A DNA stretch of 64,000 bases from an uncultured Bacteriovoracaceae bacterium (GCA_964012805.1 CAXGUD010000013.1:1-64000), one strand, 5' to 3'; positions 28,192 to 37,836 are shown, numbered from the stretch's first letter. Numbers and translations are program-made. The notes: generated from the sequence alone by a model not told the origin.

Positions 28192-29187
28192 ATGGAAAAA
28201 AAAAATATAGTACTTCTTTGTGGAGGTGGCTTTAGTGAGCACGATATCTCACTAGTTTCAGCTGCTTTTTTAAAAGACCAACTTTCTTCTCTTAAAACCT
28301 ATAACCTCTTTTTTGTAGAAATCACAAAAGAGGGACAATGGATTCATGAAGAAACTGGTCCTTGTGAAATTGGCTTAGATGGTAAACTGAAACTCTTAAA
28401 AGAAAATAAAGAAGTTCCGGTCGATTATACAATTCCTTGCCTTCATGGACCTCCTGGCGAAAATGGTGATATCCAAAGTTTTTTTGAGCTGGCGAATATA
28501 AGTTACTTGGGTGCTGGCCCTGAAGCTAGTCAAAATTGTTTTAATAAAATATCGACAAAACTATGGTTTAACGCTCATTCAATTCCAAATACTCCTTTTG
28601 TTTTTCTTAAAAACTCCTCTAAAAAACAAGTTGAGTCGGCCCAAGAAGCCTTTGATCAATGGGGCTCCGTGTACGTTAAGGCCTCTTCTCAAGGCTCATC
28701 CATTGGCTGTTACTTTGTAAAAGACAAAAAAGATCTTGAGAGCAAGATAAAAGAAGCCTTCAAACTTTCTCCCTATGTTTTATTAGAAAAACCAATCGTA
28801 GGAAGAGAGTTAGAAATTTCAGTTTATGAATGGGAAGGAAAACTGATTGCTACGGATCCTGCGGAAATAGAAACACCTTCCTCCTCTTTTTACTCTTTTG
28901 AAGAAAAATATAGTCAGGACAGTAAAACAGAAACCCATATAAAAGCTAGAAATATAAACGATGAAATAAAAAAGAAAATGAAGGAAACGGCCCTTAAAGC
29001 CTTTACCCTTTTAAAAATTAAAGACCTTGCACGCGTGGATTTTTTCCTCAGTAAGGACAAAGAAATTTATATTAATGAAATAAATACTTTCCCAGGTATG
29101 ACACCCATTTCCCTCTTCCCAAAAATGATGGAAGCCAATGGCCATTCATTCTCTAAATTTCTTAAACAAAAAATTGACGGTCGGTGA
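28192..29187 (+). CDS. ddl: D-alanine-D-alanine ligase
   Basis: GGGFSEHDISL, LHGPPGENG, GSSIG, FYSFEEKY, NEINTFPG. Confidence 0.94.
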   Translation: MEKKNIVLLCGGGFSEHDISLVSAAFLKDQLSSLKTYNLFFVEITKEGQWIHEETGPCEIGLDGKLKLLKENKEVPVDYTIPCLHGPPGENGDIQSFFELANISYLGAGPEASQNCFNKISTKLWFNAHSIPNTPFVFLKNSSKKQVESAQEAFDQWGSVYVKASSQGSSIGCYFVKDKKDLESKIKEAFKLSPYVLLEKPIVGRELEISVYEWEGKLIATDPAEIETPSSSFYSFEEKYSQDSKTETHIKARNINDEIKKKMKETALKAFTLLKIKDLARVDFFLSKDKEIYINEINTFPGMTPISLFPKMMEANGHSFSKFLKQKIDGR

Positions 29188-29280
29188 AAATCACCCACCT
29201 GTCAGTTTGAGCAGTTACAATAATAATTTAAGGTTTTAATTAATTCAGCGAAAAAGATAATTAAGTAAAAAGGATCGTTT

Positions 29281-32200
29281 ATGAAGCAGAAGCACTTTCC
29301 CATTATAAACTCTAAAGATGAATCTCATGCTCAAGAAAAATTAAAAGGTTTTTACGAAAAAAATATGATTCCAGCAGAGAAGAAAAACTACTTAACCAAC
29401 CTAAAAGAATCTGAAGGCCCTTTTTTGGCCGTTGAAAGTGCTGATGGAGATAAGCCTCATTTTCTTATGGACGCTGCTTCTCAAATAGCTACATTGGGAC
29501 TCGGTTTCAACCCTCAAGTTTTCTTTGGAGCTTCCCATCACTTAGATGCTTGGCTTAACCAAGAGCAAGGGCGTTTTGGAGAGCTTAGACAAACTTATGA
29601 GTCTTTTCTAAAAAGAAAACTCGGTTGGCAAACTCTTTCAACAACATTCTGCCATTCAGGAGCCGAGGCCAATGAAACGGCCCTTGGTTATTGTTATAAA
29701 TCAAGAAAAAGAGAATCGGCCAATAGAGTCCTTGCTTTTGAAGGATCTTTTCATGGAAGGATGATGGTGACCCTCTCAGCAACCTGGAACCCAGCTAAGA
29801 GAGAGCCCTTTGAGTGGGAAGATTTTAAAGCTGTTTACTCACCATTTCCAGACTCACCGACTGGTGCCATCAAAGCTGATTTTCCTGACGGTTGGAGAAA
29901 GCTTTGGGATCAAGCTCCTTTAAAAGACTGGTCTGTGCCTAAAGAGCTTAAAGAAAAGGATCCTCTCCTTCTTAAAGAAATAGAATGCCTTAATGTTGTA
30001 AGAAATCAACTAAATGAAGGTAAAATATTTGCTATCATTGCCGAACCAATGCAGTGTGAAGGTGGTGACCGCTACGGAACAGACCGTTTTTTTACGGCCC
30101 TTCTTTTGATGGCAAGAAGCTTTTCTGTCCCTGTTATTTTTGATGAAGTTCAAACGGGTTACCACTTAGGACGTGCCTTTTTCTGGCACTCTCAATTTGA
30201 CCTTAAAGATGAAAACGGTGACCTTCTAGCTCCTAACTATGTGACTATGGCAAAGAAAGCTCAAATTGGTGCCGTTATCTCTCACGACTCGTTTAAATTT
30301 AATGAAGAGTTCTCAACTCTTTCTGCCTATAGAGGTTACCACCATGCTATTTCTCTAGACCAATCAACTAAAAAGATTCTAGAGCTCGAAGAGTTTTCTC
30401 TTTCAAAGCTTTGCCAATATGCAGAAAAATACAGCGATCATATTGAAGGACCGAGAGGTCTAGGAATAAGCTTTGCTTTTGATTTCAAAAAGAAAGAACA
30501 AGTTTCAGAGTTTATTAAACGTAGGTTTCAATACGGCCTCCTATACTACCCCGCAGGAGATAAAACTCTTCGTTTCCGCCTTAACTTAAGTTTTACAAAA
30601 GAAGATATCACCTTTCTTTTTGATGCTCTTTCGGCAATTGCTGATGAAGTTTTTGAAGGCAAAGAACCTCAATTGCCAACGAAAGTTGAATCGAGAGATC
30701 GGAACACAAACGGAATATTTGAGTGGCAAAAGCTCCTTCTTTCAGAAAAGCTTAGAAACCTTCAAGACTCTAAGGCCTTAAACCAAGAAGAACTTTTTGG
30801 TGAAATTCAAAAATTAATGGGGCTTTCTGAAGATTTAAAATTAGTTAAAATAGACGGAAGTAACTTTTCCTCCTTAGAGCAAAAGATTCAAACACTTCAA
30901 GAAGAAGTTTACGAGCCAGCAAGAAGAACAGGCCTTGAAGTTTTTGAAAAGACCGCCAAAGATCCAAAAGGAATTTGTCTTGGAATTTTAAAAGACGAAG
31001 AGCTTCTTGGAATTTGTTTTTCTTCTCAAATGGGTAACTACCCTCTTGAAAGAGGGCTTAGAAGAGATCGTTCCTTTCATGACGAAAATTGTTTCTATAT
31101 GGTCGACACAACCATTTCATCGAAACTCCGTGGGGCCGGTTTAGGGAGAGACCTTAAATACGCTCTAACTCTTTTAGCACAAAACCAAGGGGTCATTGAA
31201 GTCAATGGAAGAAATAGAGACCAGATGGCCTCATCCATGCTTAATATTAATCTTTCGCTTGGTGGAGTTGAAAGGTTTTACATCGAAGAAGACTACCCTG
31301 ACTTTGAGCCTAATAGGGATGTGATCTATTATAGTGCTCCAACAAAATGGACATTACCACAACTTGAGCTCTCTCAAGCAATGTCCTCACCACTTGGCAT
31401 TTTTGACCTTTCTCCTGATTTTATAGAGGAGCAATTACCAAGTGCTGTTAATAAAGTTTGTCTTTCAAACTTTGTTGGTGAAAGGTTCTTGTCTCACGTA
31501 AAAGATATTTTTCAATTAGTTCCAGAAGAGTTGAGGCATGGCTATACAGCAAGTGGGCAGTCTGAATGTGTCGACAAATTAGTTAAAATTTTGTGGCATA
31601 AAATTAAAGAAAAAAGAACGGTTCATAAGATGATGACTTTTGATGGGCATTTCTTTGGAACAGGAAGTTTTCTTTCAAGATCCCTTTCTCTTCCTGAAGA
31701 AGCTTATTTTCCAGTAACAGTCATGGACAACCCTGAGTCTCATAACGAAGAAGACCTTCTTGAAAAAATAGAGCAAGAATTTGAAACAGGTGATTATTTG
31801 GCGGTTTGGATTGAACCACTCCTTCAAAAAACATTGAAGAGAGTAAGTGTTTCTTTCCTTAAGCAGTTAAAAAAGCTTTGTCAGAAGTTTGACCTTCCTC
31901 TTGTTTACAATGAAACAGCTTCACAGATGTATCGCTATAGTGATGACAACTATTTCCTCTCAAATGTTAGTGAGTTAAGACCCGACTGCGGTCTTGCCTA
32001 TATGGGTGGACAAGCGGCTTTTGTTTATTGCTCTGACGAGTATTTCTTAGAAAAACCTCTTATGATGATCAGTACTTGGGATGGGGATGAATTCTCTCTA
32101 GGTTGTTATCATAGGGCCATGACGATGATCGAAAAAGATCATGGAAAATTTAAAGAGTTAAGAAAGAACTTTGATAAGAAATTAAAAGAAGTTCTTGAAA

Positions 32201-32355
32201 AGTACCCAACCAATCATATTGAAATAGAAAACGGTGTTGGTTATTTCAAAGGGAAAATTCCTCATCAGTTGTCTCAATACCTAAACTCACATAAAGATGC
32301 GTATCTTGTTTGTCCATCAACAAGCTCGATGAGACGTTTTTTAGAGGAGTTTTAA
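29281..32355 (+). CDS. Fusion: class III aminotransferase (Lat/GABA-AT-like) + GNAT + degenerate class III aminotransferase
   Basis: SGAEANE, SFHGR, EPMQCEGGD, DEVQTG and MAKKAQ in the first domain; GNAT motif A SKLRGAGLG; second copy with SGQSECVD, EPLLQK, NETASQ and ISTWDGD. Confidence 0.88.
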   Translation: MKQKHFPIINSKDESHAQEKLKGFYEKNMIPAEKKNYLTNLKESEGPFLAVESADGDKPHFLMDAASQIATLGLGFNPQVFFGASHHLDAWLNQEQGRFGELRQTYESFLKRKLGWQTLSTTFCHSGAEANETALGYCYKSRKRESANRVLAFEGSFHGRMMVTLSATWNPAKREPFEWEDFKAVYSPFPDSPTGAIKADFPDGWRKLWDQAPLKDWSVPKELKEKDPLLLKEIECLNVVRNQLNEGKIFAIIAEPMQCEGGDRYGTDRFFTALLLMARSFSVPVIFDEVQTGYHLGRAFFWHSQFDLKDENGDLLAPNYVTMAKKAQIGAVISHDSFKFNEEFSTLSAYRGYHHAISLDQSTKKILELEEFSLSKLCQYAEKYSDHIEGPRGLGISFAFDFKKKEQVSEFIKRRFQYGLLYYPAGDKTLRFRLNLSFTKEDITFLFDALSAIADEVFEGKEPQLPTKVESRDRNTNGIFEWQKLLLSEKLRNLQDSKALNQEELFGEIQKLMGLSEDLKLVKIDGSNFSSLEQKIQTLQEEVYEPARRTGLEVFEKTAKDPKGICLGILKDEELLGICFSSQMGNYPLERGLRRDRSFHDENCFYMVDTTISSKLRGAGLGRDLKYALTLLAQNQGVIEVNGRNRDQMASSMLNINLSLGGVERFYIEEDYPDFEPNRDVIYYSAPTKWTLPQLELSQAMSSPLGIFDLSPDFIEEQLPSAVNKVCLSNFVGERFLSHVKDIFQLVPEELRHGYTASGQSECVDKLVKILWHKIKEKRTVHKMMTFDGHFFGTGSFLSRSLSLPEEAYFPVTVMDNPESHNEEDLLEKIEQEFETGDYLAVWIEPLLQKTLKRVSVSFLKQLKKLCQKFDLPLVYNETASQMYRYSDDNYFLSNVSELRPDCGLAYMGGQAAFVYCSDEYFLEKPLMMISTWDGDEFSLGCYHRAMTMIEKDHGKFKELRKNFDKKLKEVLEKYPTNHIEIENGVGYFKGKIPHQLSQYLNSHKDAYLVCPSTSSMRRFLEEF

Positions 32356-32421
32356 AAGCTCCTCTAATTTAAAGAGATTTGGAAATCTTAGTGATGAGTG
32401 CTAGCGAAAAGGAATGAGAGA

Positions 32422-33549
32422 GTGACTGAGAAGAATTACGATTTTCCTTATATAAAATATGAGGCCAATAAATCGGCGAAAGAGTGGGGCCAGGCACATG
32501 GTGAAAGTTTTAGAGAAGGAATTAAAGAACTTGTCGAAATTAGAAAAAAGCTCATGCTTTCTAAGAACCCGGCCCTTAGAAGTCAGCTTAACCCTTTAGC
32601 AAAACTTCAATATGAGGCCACCAAGAAGTTTGCTCCTGAAATTACAAAAGAAATTGAAGGGATTGCTGAAGGGGCGAATATTGACCTAACCGAAGTTGTG
32701 ATCCTTAATAACTACACAGACTTTAGGGACATCCAACTTCCAGATGAAGGCTGTTCAACCGTTCACGTTCAAACAAATAATCAAATCCTTTCTGGTCAAA
32801 CATGGGATATGCATGGATCAGCAAAGAGGTTTGTCAACGTCATCCACATACCAAAAACAGGTCATACACCAGAGTCCGTTGTCTTTTCTCTCATTGGTTG
32901 CGTTGGAATGATGGGAATCAACACTTATAAAAACTTAATTGGTGTTAATAATATTAATACGGCCAATGCTCAAGCGGGACTTGTTTGGCCTGCTCTTGTC
33001 AGAAAGGTTTTAAAAGAAACGAACCTTTCAGGAATGAGGCAAAAGCTGATTGAAGCTCCCGTCACTTCTGGCCACAATTACCTTATTTCTTCCCTTGAAG
33101 GTGGAGAGCATTGGGAAATTACACCAAGACTTCAAGAAAAAGTTGCTGAAATGACAAAAGAGCAGTCTGGTGGAGTCTTTCACACCAACCATTGCCTTGG
33201 CCAAAAGGTTCAAGAGGAAGAAGACACTTCTTCCATTAGTTCAACCACCCATGGACGGTACGAACTATTAGGTAAAAAGGTTCCTAATGTAGATTCTTTT
33301 GAAAAGTTGAAATCACTTTTAATGGATCATGAAGGTTATCCAAAATCAATTTGTTCTCACTTTCAAAGTGGCGCCCAAGACCCTTCTATGACTTGTGGTG
33401 GAGGGATTGCTGACTTTATTCATGATGACTATTACTTTTGGAGAGGCTGTCCTGAATACGATGATAACTTTAGAAGTTATCAGTTTTCTCTAGAAGGAAG
33501 TGAAGGAGAAAAAACCTTTGTTCTCAAAGAGTCTAAAAACTCTCTCTAA
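32422..33549 (+). CDS. Peptidase C45 family Ntn-hydrolase/acyltransferase (IAT/Tan-like)
   Basis: WGQAHGE, EIEGIAEGA, autoproteolytic DEG|CST, GQTWD, HTNH; probable GTG start at 32422. Confidence 0.85.
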   Translation: MTEKNYDFPYIKYEANKSAKEWGQAHGESFREGIKELVEIRKKLMLSKNPALRSQLNPLAKLQYEATKKFAPEITKEIEGIAEGANIDLTEVVILNNYTDFRDIQLPDEGCSTVHVQTNNQILSGQTWDMHGSAKRFVNVIHIPKTGHTPESVVFSLIGCVGMMGINTYKNLIGVNNINTANAQAGLVWPALVRKVLKETNLSGMRQKLIEAPVTSGHNYLISSLEGGEHWEITPRLQEKVAEMTKEQSGGVFHTNHCLGQKVQEEEDTSSISSTTHGRYELLGKKVPNVDSFEKLKSLLMDHEGYPKSICSHFQSGAQDPSMTCGGGIADFIHDDYYFWRGCPEYDDNFRSYQFSLEGSEGEKTFVLKESKNSL

Positions 33550-33615
33550 ATTAAAAACTCAACCACTCTAAGAAGCTACGCCTTTTTAGAGTTTTTAAAA
33601 AAGGAATGGTAATCC

Positions 33616-34830
33616 ATGGCAGACTATCCCTATTTTTTTACTTGGGCCAATCAATCAAGCCCCACAAAAATAGAGTTTGAAAGTAATGAAGATCATTTTT
33701 TTGTTTTAAAAAATGGTCACAAAGTTTACGACCTCTCTTCCATAAGCTTTCAAGCCTCCTTTGGTTTAAATAATGAAAAAATTAAAGAGGCCATTAAAAA
33801 GCAATTAGACTCTTTTTCTGTTGTATCGCCGAAAGCCATCTTCCCTTTAAAAGATCAAGCTACTTACAAACTCCTTAGCCATTTGGATGGATATAAAAGA
33901 CAAATCAATGCATTGGATGGAAAAGTCTTTTATACACTCTCCGGTGCTGAAAGTGTTGAAAACGCTTTAAAGATGGCAAGACAGATAAAGAAGAAAAACG
34001 TCGTTCTTTGCCGAGAAAGGTCATATCATGGTGCCTCTCTTGGTGCTTTAAGTGTCACAGGTGACTGGAGGAATCAACCTCATCAAACCGTTGATGAATG
34101 GACGACCCGAATTCCTGAACCTCACAATGATCCTTTTTTAACTCAAACTGAACTCATCATAAAAGATGTGGGGCCAGAAAATATTGCGGCTTTTTGCCTT
34201 GAAACTATAACCGGTGGAAATGGAGTTATCATTCCTCCAGAAAGTTGGTGGCAGGGAATCCAAAGGCTTTGTGATCAATATAATATTTTTCTTATCTTAG
34301 ATGAAGTTATTTGCGGTTTTCAAAGAACTGGCAGGCGCTTTGGTTTTCATAATTACCCTTTTTTAAAACCACACTTTATCTGTATGTCTAAGGGAATCAC
34401 GGGCGGTTACATCCCTTTTGGAGCCGTTTGGGCCAATAGAGACATTGTCGAATTTTATAATGAAAACGTACTTTCTTGCGGGCTCACAAGTTACGCCCAT
34501 CCCTTAGGTCTCGCTGCCATGGATGCCATTTGTGACATTTTAGCCGATGGCCATTTTTTAGAAAATATAGTTAATTTAAAAAAAATGATGAAAGGCTATT
34601 TTTTAAAATGGGAAGAGCTGCCGAACGTTAAAGAAATACGGACTATTGGCCTTTTGGCTGCCATTGAATTTACGAGTGATGTGACCCTCGACTTTAACTA
34701 TTTTTTAGAAAGAGGAGTTCACCTAGTTGTTCAACCTCAGACACTTATTCTTTCTCCCGCTCTTACTTTTAACAAAATGGATTTACAGGCGGCTTTAGAA
34801 ACATTAAATAAGGCCTTGAGAGAACTTTAA
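33616..34830 (+). CDS. Class III omega-aminotransferase (beta-alanine/taurine/GABA-pyruvate type)
   Basis: SGAESVENALK, SYHG, ETITGGNG, DEVICGFQRTG, SKGITGGY, GLTSYAHP. Confidence 0.88.
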   Translation: MADYPYFFTWANQSSPTKIEFESNEDHFFVLKNGHKVYDLSSISFQASFGLNNEKIKEAIKKQLDSFSVVSPKAIFPLKDQATYKLLSHLDGYKRQINALDGKVFYTLSGAESVENALKMARQIKKKNVVLCRERSYHGASLGALSVTGDWRNQPHQTVDEWTTRIPEPHNDPFLTQTELIIKDVGPENIAAFCLETITGGNGVIIPPESWWQGIQRLCDQYNIFLILDEVICGFQRTGRRFGFHNYPFLKPHFICMSKGITGGYIPFGAVWANRDIVEFYNENVLSCGLTSYAHPLGLAAMDAICDILADGHFLENIVNLKKMMKGYFLKWEELPNVKEIRTIGLLAAIEFTSDVTLDFNYFLERGVHLVVQPQTLILSPALTFNKMDLQAALETLNKALREL

Positions 34831-34863
34831 ACTTTTAGCTTAGAATAAATAAAAGGAAAAAAA

Positions 34864-35568
34864 ATGACTCAACAAAGTTCCAAAGTTTTTCAAAGTGCTA
34901 AAGATGCACTTCACGATATAAAATCCGGAAGCGCTCTTATGAGTGGAGGCTTTGGTCTCTGCGGTATTGCAGAAAATTGTATTGATGCCTTAAGTGAGAT
35001 GGATATTAAGGACCTTACGGTTATTTCTAATAATATTGGAAACTCAGGACGGGGGCTCGTTAAAATTTTAATTCAGCATAAAATTAAAAAGGCTTATTGC
35101 AGTTATGTTGGGGGAAACCCTGACCTTGAAAAGCAAATGCTTGCTAAAGAAATTGAGGTTGAACTTGTCCCTCAAGGAACCTTTAGTGAAAGGATTAGGG
35201 CCGCTGGCATGGGAATAAGAGGTTTTTATACGCCAACAGGTGCTGGAACACTTGTTGCTGAGGGAAAAGAAGAGAGAACGTTTGACCGTCCTTGCATTTT
35301 AGAACTCCCTCTGCACGCTGACTTTGCCATTATCAAGGCCCAGAAAGCGGACCCTTACGGGAACCTCTGGTTTAAAGAAACCGCAAGAAACTTTTCTCCA
35401 CTTATGGCGATGGCCTCAAAAATTACTGTTGTTGAAGTGGAAGAGCTCGTTGAGCTCGGTGACATTCCACCAGAAGACGTTCACGTGGCGGGCATTTTTG
35501 TCCAAAGAATTTTTAAAGGGTCAAACTACAAAAACGATATTGAATTTTTAAAAGTGAAGGGAGAATAA
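34864..35568 (+). CDS. scoA: 3-oxoacid CoA-transferase subunit A
   Basis: GGFGLCG, ISNN, SYVGGN, PQGTFSERIRAAG, ARNFSPLMA. Confidence 0.9.
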   Translation: MTQQSSKVFQSAKDALHDIKSGSALMSGGFGLCGIAENCIDALSEMDIKDLTVISNNIGNSGRGLVKILIQHKIKKAYCSYVGGNPDLEKQMLAKEIEVELVPQGTFSERIRAAGMGIRGFYTPTGAGTLVAEGKEERTFDRPCILELPLHADFAIIKAQKADPYGNLWFKETARNFSPLMAMASKITVVEVEELVELGDIPPEDVHVAGIFVQRIFKGSNYKNDIEFLKVKGE

Positions 35569-35570
35569 AG

Positions 35571-36206
35571 ATGACTTGGTCAAAAGAACAAATGGCGGAT
35601 AAAGTAATTTCTCTCTTTGAAAAAGATACAAGTGTAAACCTAGGAATAGGTTTACCAACCTTGATAGCTGAAAGAATTCCAAAAGAAAGCAGAGTCATGA
35701 TTCATTCAGAAAATGGCGTCCTTGGTGTTGAGGGAAGACCTGATGAAAAAAATGTATCGCCGACTCTTATCAATGCAGGAAAAGAAACCATTGCTGTAGG
35801 CAAGGGTGCTAGTTACTTTGACAGTGCTTTAAGTTTTGGAATGATTCGAGGGGGTCACTTAGATTACTGTGTGCTCGGTGGAATGGAAGTCGATGTTGAA
35901 GGAAACCTCGCTAACTGGATGATTCCAGGAAAAAAAGTCACAGGAATGGGCGGTGCCATGGACCTTGTTCATGGAGCAAAAACAATTATCGTGATGATGA
36001 CCCACTTTAATAAAAACGGCAGTCCCAAAATGTTAAAAAGGTGTGGGCTCCCTTTAACAGGACTTAATGTTGTAGACATAGTGGTAACAGATAAAGGGCT
36101 TTTTTCTATTAAAGAAAACCGCTTTGAGGTTATTGAACTTGCTGCTGATGTCTCTAAAGAATCTTTAGGTATTAGTGAGGAACTATTAATTGAAAGACAT
36201 AAATAA
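35571..36206 (+). CDS. scoB: 3-oxoacid CoA-transferase subunit B
   Basis: VNLGIGLPT, catalytic SENG, MIRGGH, LANW, GMGGAMDL. Confidence 0.9.
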   Translation: MTWSKEQMADKVISLFEKDTSVNLGIGLPTLIAERIPKESRVMIHSENGVLGVEGRPDEKNVSPTLINAGKETIAVGKGASYFDSALSFGMIRGGHLDYCVLGGMEVDVEGNLANWMIPGKKVTGMGGAMDLVHGAKTIIVMMTHFNKNGSPKMLKRCGLPLTGLNVVDIVVTDKGLFSIKENRFEVIELAADVSKESLGISEELLIERHK

Positions 36207-36216
36207 CTAGTAGATA

Positions 36217-36252
36217 AAAAAAGGGGGCCTCCTGCAAAGGCCCCCTCTTTTT
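36217..36252 (+). terminator. Rho-independent terminator closing the aminotransferase operon
   Basis: AGGGGGCCT/AGGCCCCCT stem plus T tract. Confidence 0.85.
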
Positions 36253-36459
36253 GGCTTCCTGCCTAATCTTGTAAGCAACTTCCTATCACCTACACTAATA
36301 GGTTAACCTAAATTTAGCGTAGGCAAAGAAAAAAAATAAAGTGGTAAAGTTTTCCTCGGTGTGTTTAAATTGACTTCTTTGATTGGAAAAACTCAATTTG
36401 AACGTACATCCTTTAATTTTTTAAACTCAAAAGTTATAATTCATTGAAATTAATGGAGA

Positions 36460-37836
36460 ATGTGGATAATAATGAAATCAAAACTCTTCCCTTGGTTAAT
36501 ATTAATTTACTTAACTAATTTTGGCTGCACACAAATAATAAAACCTGCCAATAAAGCTACAGTTTCTTCATTATCAAAAAAAGAGAATGAAAAAACTTAC
36601 TGTATAGTAAAGAAAAATAAATCTATCAATTTCCTATCTGGATCAGAAGAAAACTCTAAGTCTTTTCATCAACTTCTTACAAAAATAAAAAGGCAGCGAA
36701 TTAAGCTCTCCTTTGTAGAAAAAGCTGCTCTATGGCTTCTTTACCAGATAAATGCAAACCCAGACGTTTGCTCACCTTCATCTCGCCTTCAAATTATTTT
36801 CGCCCACAAAGATTCAGAACCGATCTATTGGGACTTTCACCATCCATTTGCAAAAAACTTAAAATCAAAAAATTATTATCCCTACCTAGACGGTATCGAT
36901 TTTATGCTCAAGAATTTCAAGTCAAAAAAGAGTCTTATTCAGTTAAGTTCCTTGCTAGACAGAAACCTTCCCAAAAGATTTAAAGTAACAAAAAGCCTTG
37001 AAAAGATAGTTAATATGAAGAGAACCGAGCTTTATAAATTAAAGCCATTTAAAAACTCTTTTTTTAAAGAGGCTGAACCTCTCAAAAAAAATGAGAGTTT
37101 TCCTAAACTTCAATTTAAAAAGCTTGTAATGAATTACAGAAAAAGCCAAAAAATAAATACGAATAAGAAATCTTTTGGAAAACACCTTTTAAAAAAAGCG
37201 TCTATCTCAAAACTCCTGTTTCCATTCAAAGTTGAAGGTGACAATTTCCCCCCCCCTATTAGATGTAATATAGACCTTTCTCTCTATAAGCATTCTATAT
37301 TCCTCATAAACTCTGAGGAAGTATCATCTAGCATCTTTGGATTTGAACAAAATAATTCTTACTTTCTTGCTGCGAGTTCTCAATTACTTTCAGGACCTAT
37401 TTCACCAATTTTTGGAACATTTCTCATGAGGGGTGCGCCCCCCCAAAAGACACCTACTATGTGCCTTATAAAAAATAGAAATAAGGAATCCAACATTGCG
37501 TTAGTTTCTTATAAAGGGAGGGACCCTGGTCAACATATTTACAACCTTTTTCAAAAAGGGATTCATCAATCAAATTCACTCATGGACCTTGATATTTTTT
37601 TAAAAGGTCCTAGAAAAATTTTTTTGGTAAACCCCTTAAGAGTTCTTATTGAACCATTGGATAAAAACACAAACGACTTGTTGCGTTTTAGAAAAAGAAA
37701 TATTCCTTTATATCCTGTTAGAAACCTAGGATACATCCTGGCACACGGAAAATTTAACCTAAAAAAGCAAAATGGTTTCATTCTAGATAGAAGATCTCAG
37801 GAGAAATTATCATGCCTCGAGAAAAAATCTCCCTAA
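36460..37836 (+). CDS. Hypothetical basic lipoprotein
   Basis: Long ORF; lipobox-like NFGC; start may be 36472. Confidence 0.65.
   Translation: MWIIMKSKLFPWLILIYLTNFGCTQIIKPANKATVSSLSKKENEKTYCIVKKNKSINFLSGSEENSKSFHQLLTKIKRQRIKLSFVEKAALWLLYQINANPDVCSPSSRLQIIFAHKDSEPIYWDFHHPFAKNLKSKNYYPYLDGIDFMLKNFKSKKSLIQLSSLLDRNLPKRFKVTKSLEKIVNMKRTELYKLKPFKNSFFKEAEPLKKNESFPKLQFKKLVMNYRKSQKINTNKKSFGKHLLKKASISKLLFPFKVEGDNFPPPIRCNIDLSLYKHSIFLINSEEVSSSIFGFEQNNSYFLAASSQLLSGPISPIFGTFLMRGAPPQKTPTMCLIKNRNKESNIALVSYKGRDPGQHIYNLFQKGIHQSNSLMDLDIFLKGPRKIFLVNPLRVLIEPLDKNTNDLLRFRKRNIPLYPVRNLGYILAHGKFNLKKQNGFILDRRSQEKLSCLEKKSP

Noticed and set aside
28192..29187. Van-type D-Ala-D-Lac ligase
   Set aside because: The omega loop ends in KY as in D-Ala-D-Ala ligases; no vanH or vanX; coupled to thrS.
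29281..32355. EctB-EctA ectoine fusion
   Set aside because: The aminotransferase motifs are Lat/GABA-AT type (KKxQ, LRFR), not EctB type, and there is no ectC or aspartokinase gene nearby.
29281..33549. Beta-lactam biosynthesis cluster (Lat-like plus isopenicillin N acyltransferase-like genes)
   Set aside because: No ACV synthetase NRPS or isopenicillin N synthase in the window; the CoA-transferase neighbours point to catabolism.
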